From: Caldilineae bacterium
Lineage (GTDB): Bacteria; Chloroflexota; Anaerolineae; DTLA01
Assembly: GCA_037446815.1 (NCBI GenBank)
Contig: JBBIHX010000011.1
Location: 1 to 39,826 of the forward strand
Length of the DNA stretch: 39,826 nt
Direction: 5' to 3'
The notes under the pieces are model-generated. The model saw nothing but the letters and a program-made list of their open reading frames with translations. It had not been told where the DNA came from and ran no database searches. The translations under genes and the position numbers were made by a program. How positions within the stretch are numbered: the first letter of the stretch is position 1; each line of letters opens with the position of its first letter. Positions 8,566 through 16,605 of this stretch are shown here, in pieces.

Positions 8566-9641
8566 GCAAGGGGATCAGGGCGCAGATCATCGGCTGGGGC
8601 GCGTATGTCCCCCGCCGCGTGGTAACCAACGCCGACATCGCCGAGTTGGTGGATACATCCGACGAGTGGATTGTGGAGCGCACGGGAATCCGCGAGCGAC
8701 GGCTTGCCGCGCCCGAGGAGACTACCGCCTCCATGGCCATCGCCGCCGCCGAGCGGGCGCTTGCCAGTGCCAGCGCCGACCCGCTGGCCATTGACCTCAT
8801 CATCGTCGCCACGGCCACGCCCGACTACATGTTCCCGGCCACCGCCTGCCTGGTGCAGCGCGGCATTGGCGCAAGCCGCGCCGCCGCATTTGACCTCGGC
8901 GCGGGCTGTTCGGGGTTCATCTACGCCCTGGCAATGGGCGCCCACGCCATTGAGGCGGGCGCGTGCCGCCAGGTGTTGGTCATCGGCGCGGAGACCCTGT
9001 CGCGCATCACCAACTGGAGCGACCGGGGCACGTGCGTTCTCTTCGGCGACGGGGCCGGCGCGGTGCTGCTGGGCCAGGCGCACAATCCGGGCGGCATCCT
9101 GGCGACGCACCTGGGGGCCGACGGCGCAGGCGCGGATTGGCTCATCCTTCCCGCGGGCGGCTCACGGAAGCCCGCCTCGGCGGAAACGGTCGCCCAGAAC
9201 CTGCACACGATTCAGATGGACGGGCAGAAGGTGTTTCGCTTCGCCACCAAGATCATCCCCGATGCCACGCGCAAGGTACTGGAACGGGTTGGCCTGTCCG
9301 TCGCGGATGTGGACGTGGTCATCGCGCACCAGGCCAACGCGCGCATCCTGCAAGCCGCCGCCGAACGTCTCGGCGTGCCAACGGAGAAAATGTACGCCAA
9401 CATTGACCGCTACGGCAACACGTCGGCAGCGTCCATCCCCATCGCCCTGTGCGAGGCTGCCGACGAGGGCCGACTGCAGCCCGGCCAGCGGGTGGTGCTG
9501 GTCGGGTTCGGCGCCGGCCTCACGTGGGGCGCGGCCCTCGTGGAATGGAGCGGCCCCATCCCCCCGAAGCGGGGCTTGCCCCGACTGTTGGCGGCGTTGC
9601 GCCGGTGGTGGGCCGCCTTCTTGCGCCGCTTCCGCCGCTGA
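8562..9641 (+). CDS. fabH: Beta-ketoacyl-ACP synthase III
   Basis: AGCSGF, HQAN, YGNTSAAS, GFGAGLTW; ATGA overlap with the fabF stop. Confidence 0.95.
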   Translation: MSKGIRAQIIGWGAYVPRRVVTNADIAELVDTSDEWIVERTGIRERRLAAPEETTASMAIAAAERALASASADPLAIDLIIVATATPDYMFPATACLVQRGIGASRAAAFDLGAGCSGFIYALAMGAHAIEAGACRQVLVIGAETLSRITNWSDRGTCVLFGDGAGAVLLGQAHNPGGILATHLGADGAGADWLILPAGGSRKPASAETVAQNLHTIQMDGQKVFRFATKIIPDATRKVLERVGLSVADVDVVIAHQANARILQAAAERLGVPTEKMYANIDRYGNTSAASIPIALCEAADEGRLQPGQRVVLVGFGAGLTWGAALVEWSGPIPPKRGLPRLLAALRRWWAAFLRRFRR

Positions 9642-9795
9642 AGGCGTGCGCAACGGCCACGGGGTCAACGCCTTCCCACATGCGCCCCACGTCGCGCCAT
9701 CCACCGTCCGGGGAGCGCTGTGCCGCGCACATTGGAACCGTCAACACCACCTCAAGCCTCAGCCCGAAAGGCCGGGGGCGGCTTGGGGCGCAGGG

Positions 9796-10413
9796 CTACG
9801 GGCCTTGCCGCCCCGCGAGAATCGCATCCACCGCCTCGCGGATGGCGAGGATCTCAACGCCGTACTTGTCGGCAATGTCTTTCAGCGGCGCGTGGACGTC
9901 TACGTCTGCGGGAAGCCCGGCCGCCGCAACAATCTCTTCCACGGAGATACCATAGATACGCGCCACATCCTCCAGCGTGTCCTTGCCCTTGATCTCAGCC
10001 GTGGGCTGCAGAGCAGGCGTCGCCTCGGGCACGTCAGAGGTTGGGGCCGGGACGGTGGCCGTCGGAGTAGCGCCCGCGAGTTCCGCGCGATAGGCCGTAA
10101 CGACATCTCGCACGGCGCTTACCTCAAACCCGCTCACGATAGCCTCTATGTCCTTGAGCGCAGTGTCCATGGGCAGGTCAGCGGGCAGGCCCAAGCGCCC
10201 CCGCAATTCCGCTTCGGGCACCTGATAGGTTGCGGCGACGTCGGCCAGCGTCATCCAGCCCTTGATGCCCTCGGGATCGGCCTGTCCCGACGCATCCAGC
10301 AGGACGGCCGTCTTGCCGCTCGTGGACCAATAGCCGGCAGCCTTGGCGATAAGAACGCTTCCCAGAAGACTCGCGACAAGCACGAGTGGCAGCACATAGC
10401 GATGGACTTTCAT
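9796..10413 (-). CDS. Membrane-anchored or exported protein with two repeated helical domains and a PT-rich linker
   Basis: Hydrophobic N-terminus; repeats IKGWMTLADVAATYQV...LKDI and IKGKDTLEDVARIYGI...LKDI; ATGA overlap with the upstream gene. Confidence 0.8.
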   Translation of the reverse strand: MKVHRYVLPLVLVASLLGSVLIAKAAGYWSTSGKTAVLLDASGQADPEGIKGWMTLADVAATYQVPEAELRGRLGLPADLPMDTALKDIEAIVSGFEVSAVRDVVTAYRAELAGATPTATVPAPTSDVPEATPALQPTAEIKGKDTLEDVARIYGISVEEIVAAAGLPADVDVHAPLKDIADKYGVEILAIREAVDAILAGRQGP

Positions 10414-11264
10414 GCGATCCCCTCCCGAGGCTGAGATGCTGGAGCAGGCTCCAAGATTGGCCCAACGTACAGCGTGTCTTTGACCGGGCACGCCTCAACG
10501 CACTGGAGGCAAGAGATGCAACCTGCCGTTACGCTCTTCTTCTGCGAGACCTGAATCCCGACCGGACAGGCCCTATCGCACTTCTTGCAGTGGATGCAGG
10601 TGGCCGCGTTGCGGCGAATGCGAAAGATGCTAACACGCTGCACGAGGCTGATGACGCCGCCCAACGGGCAAAGGTAGCGACACCAGAGCCGCGGGACGAA
10701 GAAAGCGCCCACCAGAATGCCCAGGCTGACCACGTAAGCGGGCCACGCTTCAGCCCAATTGAACTCAAACAGCCAACCCAGGCTGAAGATCGTCCGGTAC
10801 GGGTCGTAGTCGGCAAACCACAACTTGCCGGTCTGGATCGTAGCGTAGAGGATGCCCGCCAGAACCGCATACCGCCCAAAGGCCAGCGCCTTGTCCACTC
10901 GAGCCGGCACCTTCAATTCGGGCAGGCGCAACCGGCGGCGAATCCCCGTCAGCAAGTCCTGCAATCCGCCAAATGGACACACCCAGCCGCAGAACGCGCC
11001 CCCCACCAATACAGTCCCCACCAGCAGGCCCAGCGCAAGGACCACGTTGGACGCATGCGTCTTGGAGACAAACGTGCCCTGCGTTGCCAGTTTCCACAGA
11101 GTCTCCAGCCCCCCAAAGGGGCAGTAGGCATCTGTGGACGGCATCGCCCCGTCCGTAGCCGCCAGCGCGTGGCGCACACTTGCCACAAGGATGAAAACGC
11201 CGAATGCCAGTTGACTCAACCGCTGTAGAAGCGGAGTCCACGATTTGCCGACCCGCTTGCTCAT
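10410..11264 (-). CDS. Membrane 4Fe-4S-binding protein (NapH/RdxA/YccM-like)
   Basis: YCPFG, FCGWVCPFG, WCRYLCPLG, then CIHCKKCDRACP and CISCLQCVEACP; several transmembrane segments; RBS GGGAGG. Confidence 0.9.
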   Translation of the reverse strand: MSKRVGKSWTPLLQRLSQLAFGVFILVASVRHALAATDGAMPSTDAYCPFGGLETLWKLATQGTFVSKTHASNVVLALGLLVGTVLVGGAFCGWVCPFGGLQDLLTGIRRRLRLPELKVPARVDKALAFGRYAVLAGILYATIQTGKLWFADYDPYRTIFSLGWLFEFNWAEAWPAYVVSLGILVGAFFVPRLWCRYLCPLGGVISLVQRVSIFRIRRNAATCIHCKKCDRACPVGIQVSQKKSVTAGCISCLQCVEACPVKDTLYVGPILEPAPASQPREGIA

Positions 11265-11410
11265 GTGTACCTCCCTGCACAATGTTTGTCTTCAGCGACA
11301 TCATAGCGCAGCGTTATGAAGGGAGGTTGAGCAAGTTGTGTGGAAGTGATGAAGGTTCAGGCGCGACGGCGGCGCACCAGACAGGCGCGTGCGGCAATTG
11401 GCAACAGCGG

Positions 11411-12613
11411 CTACAATGGGGCGGCGCCCAGAACCTGCACCACGTCGGGCGTCGCCCACACCGCCGCGCCGGTCGTGTCCACCACCAGGTCGCACAACGC
11501 CATCTGAGGCCGGTAGCACTTCTCCGCCATCAGAAACTGCTCTCTGAAGAAACGGTTGCGGAAGTACGAGGGGTCGTACTTCTTGCGATAGTCAATATCC
11601 CGCTTCCACTTCCGTTTCAGGCGGATGGGGTCATCGGTCAAGTACACCACCTTGATGCCGATGAGGTGCGCAACCTCCTCAATGAGAAACGGGAAGTTGC
11701 CCTCAATGAAGATGACATCCGCCGGGTCAATCTCTATGGGGCGACAGCCCGGCTTCAGATTCCCGTCCAAATCGTGGCTGGACGTGGCGAACACAAAGTC
11801 GTAGCGAGGAATCACGATGCGTCTGCCGCGGGTGATGTCCTCCAGACTGCGGCACAGGAGTTGCAGGTGTATGGCCTGCTTGCCCAGCGTGTAAATCCCC
11901 TTGGCCTCGCGATACTCTCGGTCCGTGAGGAAGTTATCCATCTCAATCGCCGTCGTCTGGCGCCCCTCGTTGTGCAGGAAGTCCCGCAGCCGCGCCACGA
12001 TTTCCGTCTTGCCCGCCGCGGTAGGCCCGGCGATGGCCAGCACAATCGGCGTGCCTTTGGCCTCTATCAGCCGGCGGACGCTGTCCATGAAGAACGCATC
12101 CACCTCGGCGTTGGCCTCGCGAAACTCCTTGTAGCCCAGGTCTTGTCGCCGCTCAAAAGCCTCCTGGCGGCGGGGGAACTGGCGGATGGGCGCGCCGCCC
12201 AACCTCGCCACGATTTGCTCCGTGAAGTACGTGGTGCGATGAAGGAAGAAGAACCCGCGGATGTCAAAGTAGAAGTGCGCGCGCACCCACGAAACGGGAT
12301 ACTCGCCCGTTACCAGCCCGACAAACAGCATCTGCGTCAGGCGCACGATGTTCTCATCCAGGACAATGCGCTCATCCACGCGGGGCTTGATCTGGATGGA
12401 TTCGTAGAATTCGGCGGTGCTGACCCGAGCCTCAATCGCTTCCATCGGCTCCGGCGTTACCGACGCCCAGCCGCCTTCCGGGTAGAGATTGTCCAGCGCG
12501 TAGCGAAACTCGTACAGTTCCATGTCCTCCACGCCCGGGTTGACATGGGCCATGGCGCGATAGAGGTACTCGGAGAACACCGAGGAATCGTGCAGTACGG
12601 TCAGAGCCGCCAT
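11411..12613 (-). CDS. Phosphoribulokinase/uridine-kinase-family P-loop kinase with an unassigned N-terminal domain of about 190 aa
   Basis: LAIAGPTAAGKT (Walker A), IEMDNF, PRYDF, IFIEG, RLKRKWKRD; RBS AGGAGG before ATG 12613. Confidence 0.8.
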   Translation of the reverse strand: MAALTVLHDSSVFSEYLYRAMAHVNPGVEDMELYEFRYALDNLYPEGGWASVTPEPMEAIEARVSTAEFYESIQIKPRVDERIVLDENIVRLTQMLFVGLVTGEYPVSWVRAHFYFDIRGFFFLHRTTYFTEQIVARLGGAPIRQFPRRQEAFERRQDLGYKEFREANAEVDAFFMDSVRRLIEAKGTPIVLAIAGPTAAGKTEIVARLRDFLHNEGRQTTAIEMDNFLTDREYREAKGIYTLGKQAIHLQLLCRSLEDITRGRRIVIPRYDFVFATSSHDLDGNLKPGCRPIEIDPADVIFIEGNFPFLIEEVAHLIGIKVVYLTDDPIRLKRKWKRDIDYRKKYDPSYFRNRFFREQFLMAEKCYRPQMALCDLVVDTTGAAVWATPDVVQVLGAAPL

Positions 12614-12649
12614 CCCAATCCTCCTGTGGCGCAACCGGCACCGCGGAAT

Positions 12650-14236
12650 TCACGGCCGCGCCGGGTGCTTCCTCCCGACGCCGAAGACGAGCGCATCGTA
12701 GGCTTTCCGGGTCTTGGCGTAGTTGCCATCGCGATCCAGGGCAATCCCCCGCCCGACGCCGGTAACCACGGTGCCGATGCCGATTTCCCGAACCTGATCC
12801 TCCAGGCGTTCCAGCAGCGCAGGCGCGCTCCCCGGCTCCGTGCTCCGCCCGTCAAAGATGATGTGCACAAACACCCGTTCCAGCCCCGCGCCCTTCGCCA
12901 TGCGGAGCAATGCAAGTGGATACTCTATGGAGCCATGGGAACTCTTTTCCGTGAGCAGCCCCAGCAGGTGGAGACTCGCCCCGCGCTCCTTCACCCGCCG
13001 AATCGTGCGGCACAGGATTTCGTTGTGGTAGAACGAGCCATCCTTCATCGCCAGGTCAAGCCGCACGTCATCCTGCAGAATCACCCGCCCGGCTCCGATG
13101 TTGATATGGCCCGCCTCGGAGTTGCCGGGCTTGCCCGGTTTCAGCCCCACCGCCTCGCCCGCCGCCTCCAGGGTGCAGTGCGGGTACCGCCGCAGAAGCC
13201 CATCCCACACCGGCGTGCGCGCCAGGAAGATGGGGTTTGAGCCATCTTCCCTGCCGATTCCCCAACCGTCCAGAATCAGCAGAAGCGCGCGGCGGCGACC
13301 AGCCCAGCGGGCTTCGGGCAATAGGGCGCTGCCCGTCATGGCGTCGGGCACGGGCAAGCCGAGAGCACCCAAAACGGTAGGGGCCACGTCCGCCAGGCTC
13401 CCGTCCCGCGCGGTTGCACCGGACTCGCCGCGCGCGTCTATCGCGATGAACGGCACCGGGTTCGCCGTATGCGCCACGTGCGGCGTCCCGTCCGGGTGCG
13501 TCATCTCCTCCAGATTGCCGTGGTCTGCCGTAACGAAGACCACATACCCCGCGTCGCAAGCCGCGCTCACAACCTCGCCCAGGCAGCGATCCACCGCCTC
13601 CGCGCAGGCAATCTTGGCCTCGCGGCTCTGCGTATGGCCGATGACATCGCCATTGGCGAAGTTCGCCACGATGAGGTCATAGCCCTCGCCGATGCCCTGC
13701 GCTACCCGCGCCGCCACCTGCGGCAGGGCCAATTCCGGCACCTGGTCAAAGGGAACGCCCTTGGGCGATGGAATACGCGCATCCTCTTCGCCCGCGAAGG
13801 GCTGACCGTTCCCGCCGTTGAAGAAGAACGTTACATGCGCGAACTTCTCCGACTCTGCCACGCGCAATTGGCGCAGCCCTGCGCGGCTCACGACTTCGCC
13901 GAGGGTGTGGTCCACGTGCGTGGGCGCGAAGGCCACCGGCAGGTCCTTGAACTTCTCATGGTACAAGGTCAGGATGACGAACACCAGGTCCTTGAACGGC
14001 CGGCGCGGGAAAGCGTCCAGCGACGGATCCACGAATGCCTCGGTCAACTGAACCTCTCGCTCCCCCCGCCGACAGCAGAACACCACCGCGTCGCCATCCT
14101 GGATGCGGCCAATGGCCTCGCCTCGCTCGTCGGTCAACACGATAGGCTCAAGCGAGTAATCCGTCTGCCCCTCGCGATACAATTCTCGGACGGCCTGCGC
14201 CAAGGCCGCCGCGCCATGCACGGTAGCAGGTCCCAT
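12650..14236 (-). CDS. Circularly permuted 2,3-bisphosphoglycerate-independent phosphoglycerate mutase (GpmI/iPGM)-family protein
   Basis: Canonical C-terminal part (AESEKFAHVTFFFNGG, NFANGDVIGH, TADHGN, AHT, LADVAPT, MTG) precedes the canonical N-terminal part (LLILDGWG, GNSEAGHINIGAGR, FDGRS, DRD). Confidence 0.92.
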   Translation of the reverse strand: MGPATVHGAAALAQAVRELYREGQTDYSLEPIVLTDERGEAIGRIQDGDAVVFCCRRGEREVQLTEAFVDPSLDAFPRRPFKDLVFVILTLYHEKFKDLPVAFAPTHVDHTLGEVVSRAGLRQLRVAESEKFAHVTFFFNGGNGQPFAGEEDARIPSPKGVPFDQVPELALPQVAARVAQGIGEGYDLIVANFANGDVIGHTQSREAKIACAEAVDRCLGEVVSAACDAGYVVFVTADHGNLEEMTHPDGTPHVAHTANPVPFIAIDARGESGATARDGSLADVAPTVLGALGLPVPDAMTGSALLPEARWAGRRRALLLILDGWGIGREDGSNPIFLARTPVWDGLLRRYPHCTLEAAGEAVGLKPGKPGNSEAGHINIGAGRVILQDDVRLDLAMKDGSFYHNEILCRTIRRVKERGASLHLLGLLTEKSSHGSIEYPLALLRMAKGAGLERVFVHIIFDGRSTEPGSAPALLERLEDQVREIGIGTVVTGVGRGIALDRDGNYAKTRKAYDALVFGVGRKHPARP

Positions 14237-14266
14237 CACACCCCTCGCCCCTGCCCTTCCGCACCG

Positions 14267-15697
14267 TTACGCCGCCTGGGAGGGCAGGCGCGGCGGGAAG
14301 ATGTCCAGCAAATCGCTGAGCCGACGGATGATGTAATCGGGCCGGTTCTCCTCGGCGATGGGTTCCTGCTCCTCTGCCGGGTCAATGAGCAGGATGACCA
14401 TCCCAAACCCAGCCTTGCGCGCGCCTTCCACATCGCGGGCCGGATTATCGCCCACGTAGGCGGCCCGCGATGGAGCGACTTCCGCCCGGCGCGCCCCTTC
14501 CAGGTAAATCTCCGGGTCGGGCTTGCGCCTGCCGAAAATAGATGAGAGGACCACGGTCGGGAAGTAGGGCTTCAGCCCATCCTCCTCCAGCCACTGCGGA
14601 ATCTCGCGCTCGGTAATCGTGTTGCTGATGATTCCCAGCCGATAACCGCGGCGCGTCAATTCCAGCACCACATCCTTTGCGTCGGGCTGGGCGAAGCGGC
14701 GGCCCATCGTCTGGCGGTACAGGAACGTCAGTTCTCCGGCCAGCGGGGCGATCTTCTCCGGGGGATAGTCGGGCAGGAGCCAGCGCGTCCACAACTCCCG
14801 CTCCGAGGCCTCCCGCAAGGTCTCAAATGCCCACTTGCGGTACACCTTGTACCGTTTGTCCAGTTCGGCGCAAAACGCCTCGGGAGGTTCCTGCGCGCCG
14901 ACCAGCGCCGCGATCTTCCGTCTGGCCTCGGCCTGATACGGCTCGTCCTCCACGAGCACCCGCAGCGTCGCCCCAACGTCAATGAAGATGACCTCAATGT
15001 CGCGGCCCATGTCCCTTGCCTCCCTATGGGGTATTGACGTGAAAATCGGCAGGTCCAGCAGTTCCAGAGGAGACGCGGCATAGTAGTCGGCCCTGGCGTC
15101 TTCGGCGTAGTTCACGGCCACCGTAACCATCCCCGCGTTGTGCGCCCCATCCAGTTCGTCGGCGTCGTGCCCCACGAATGCCGACTCGGCCGGCGTCAAC
15201 CCCGCCATCTCCAGCGCACGCAGGTAGATGGCAGGGTCGGGCTTGTGCGCGCCCACGTCGGTAGAGCACGCCAGCACATCCACAAACGGAGACAGCCCCA
15301 GGCTATCCAGCCAGCGGCGCTTCCGCTCAATCGGGTAAATCGTATCGGTAACGATGCCTACCACGAACCCCCGCTGCTTCAGGGCCGCCAGCGCCTGCCT
15401 CGCTCCGGGAATCTCCTCCACACGGTCCGAGTGGGCGTTGATTTCCGACACGAGCGCGCGGCGGACCTGCGGGTCGGCGACGCCGTACAGCGCCAGCACC
15501 GCGTCCCAGTACTCATCCGGCGTAATGACGCCGTTGTTGGCGTCTGCCCGCAGCGCCCTGATTCGCGCCCGCTGCGGCTCGCCCAACTCCCCTGAAATCC
15601 CCTCGCGCCGCAGCAACTTCAGGACGAAGCGGCTCGTCGCCTGTGGCCGCCGGTACAGGACGCCAGCCGCATCAAAGAAAACCCCCCTAATCCCCAT
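14267..15697 (-). CDS. Tandem double HAD-superfamily (IA-like) hydrolase
   Basis: Domain 1: FFDAAGVL..KPDP..FVGH. Domain 2: FIDVGATL..ISN..KPDP..YVGDN...DV. Internal RBS plus ATG at 15010. Confidence 0.85.
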   Translation of the reverse strand: MGIRGVFFDAAGVLYRRPQATSRFVLKLLRREGISGELGEPQRARIRALRADANNGVITPDEYWDAVLALYGVADPQVRRALVSEINAHSDRVEEIPGARQALAALKQRGFVVGIVTDTIYPIERKRRWLDSLGLSPFVDVLACSTDVGAHKPDPAIYLRALEMAGLTPAESAFVGHDADELDGAHNAGMVTVAVNYAEDARADYYAASPLELLDLPIFTSIPHREARDMGRDIEVIFIDVGATLRVLVEDEPYQAEARRKIAALVGAQEPPEAFCAELDKRYKVYRKWAFETLREASERELWTRWLLPDYPPEKIAPLAGELTFLYRQTMGRRFAQPDAKDVVLELTRRGYRLGIISNTITEREIPQWLEEDGLKPYFPTVVLSSIFGRRKPDPEIYLEGARRAEVAPSRAAYVGDNPARDVEGARKAGFGMVILLIDPAEEQEPIAEENRPDYIIRRLSDLLDIFPPRLPSQAA

Positions 15698-16460
15698 GGT
15701 TGATCTCCGAAGATGAGATGAGCAAAGGAATGATTTCTGACAGGCTCCCGATGACCGCATCCGGCGCCTCGCCACCGGCGGCGCGGTCCACCTTCTCCGT
15801 GAGGAACGACCGAATCTGAATCGCCAGCCCGTACCCCGCGCGGCGCGCGCCGATGACATCGCGGGAGACCGTATCGCCCACGTAGGCGCACTCGGCGGGC
15901 GACAGATTCAGCCGCCGCGCCGCCTCATGGAAGATGCGCGGGTTCGGCTTGCGCCAGCCGAATTCGGCGCTGGTCAGCACAGGGCCAAACAGGTGCGCAA
16001 TCCCATAGGCTGCCAGTTGGCGCGGCACCAGCGTGCGGCTGATGATGTTGGAGATGACGCCCAGGCGAAGACCGTGATCGCGGAGCGTCTGCAACACATC
16101 ATGGGCGTCGGGCCGCAGCTTGCGAATCTGATAATGCGTCTCGTAGAAAAACGTCAGGTCCTCGGCGGCGGCGGCAAGCCGATCCTTGGGCAGTCCGTTG
16201 TTCGGGAAGACGTACTCCGCCCAGACGCGCGCCGGCGGCAGTTCCCGTTCCGTCGCCTCGCGCCACGCCTGGTATGCCTCCATCCCCCCCAGCACGGTTG
16301 CCTCCAGCGCTGCCGCGTCCAGGCCCGGGTCCAGGCCGATCTCGCCCAGCACGCACTGAAGTTGGACCGTGGCCGCCCGGCGACTGGCGTCGTCAAAGTA
16401 CAGGTCTTCCAGCGTGCCGCCCATGTCAAACACGACGGCGCGAATGTTCGGGTATGGCAT
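15687..16460 (-). CDS. HAD-superfamily (IA-like) hydrolase
   Basis: VFDMGGTL, ISN, KPNP, YVGDT..RD; RBS AGGGAG before ATG 16460. Confidence 0.88.
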   Translation of the reverse strand: MPYPNIRAVVFDMGGTLEDLYFDDASRRAATVQLQCVLGEIGLDPGLDAAALEATVLGGMEAYQAWREATERELPPARVWAEYVFPNNGLPKDRLAAAAEDLTFFYETHYQIRKLRPDAHDVLQTLRDHGLRLGVISNIISRTLVPRQLAAYGIAHLFGPVLTSAEFGWRKPNPRIFHEAARRLNLSPAECAYVGDTVSRDVIGARRAGYGLAIQIRSFLTEKVDRAAGGEAPDAVIGSLSEIIPLLISSSEINHGD

Positions 16461-16541
16461 GTCGGTCTCCCTACAGCCGGCGCTTGGTAGCACGGAAGCA
16501 ACAGCGTGCTGCGTTCGGGACGCGAACTCACCCGCCAGGAA

Positions 16542-16577
16542 GACGCCGGAGGCCGCGGGAGCGTGGCCCCCGGCGTC
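16542..16577 (-). terminator. Strong stem-loop after the solute-binding protein gene (terminator or mRNA stabiliser)
   Basis: GACGCCGGGGGCCACG-CTCC-CGCGGCCTCCGGCGTC on the minus strand: 16-bp stem with one G-U and one mismatch; only a weak U tail. Confidence 0.55.
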
Positions 16578-16605
16578 GTTCCGTTCTGCCCACCGGGCTT
16601 GCGTA

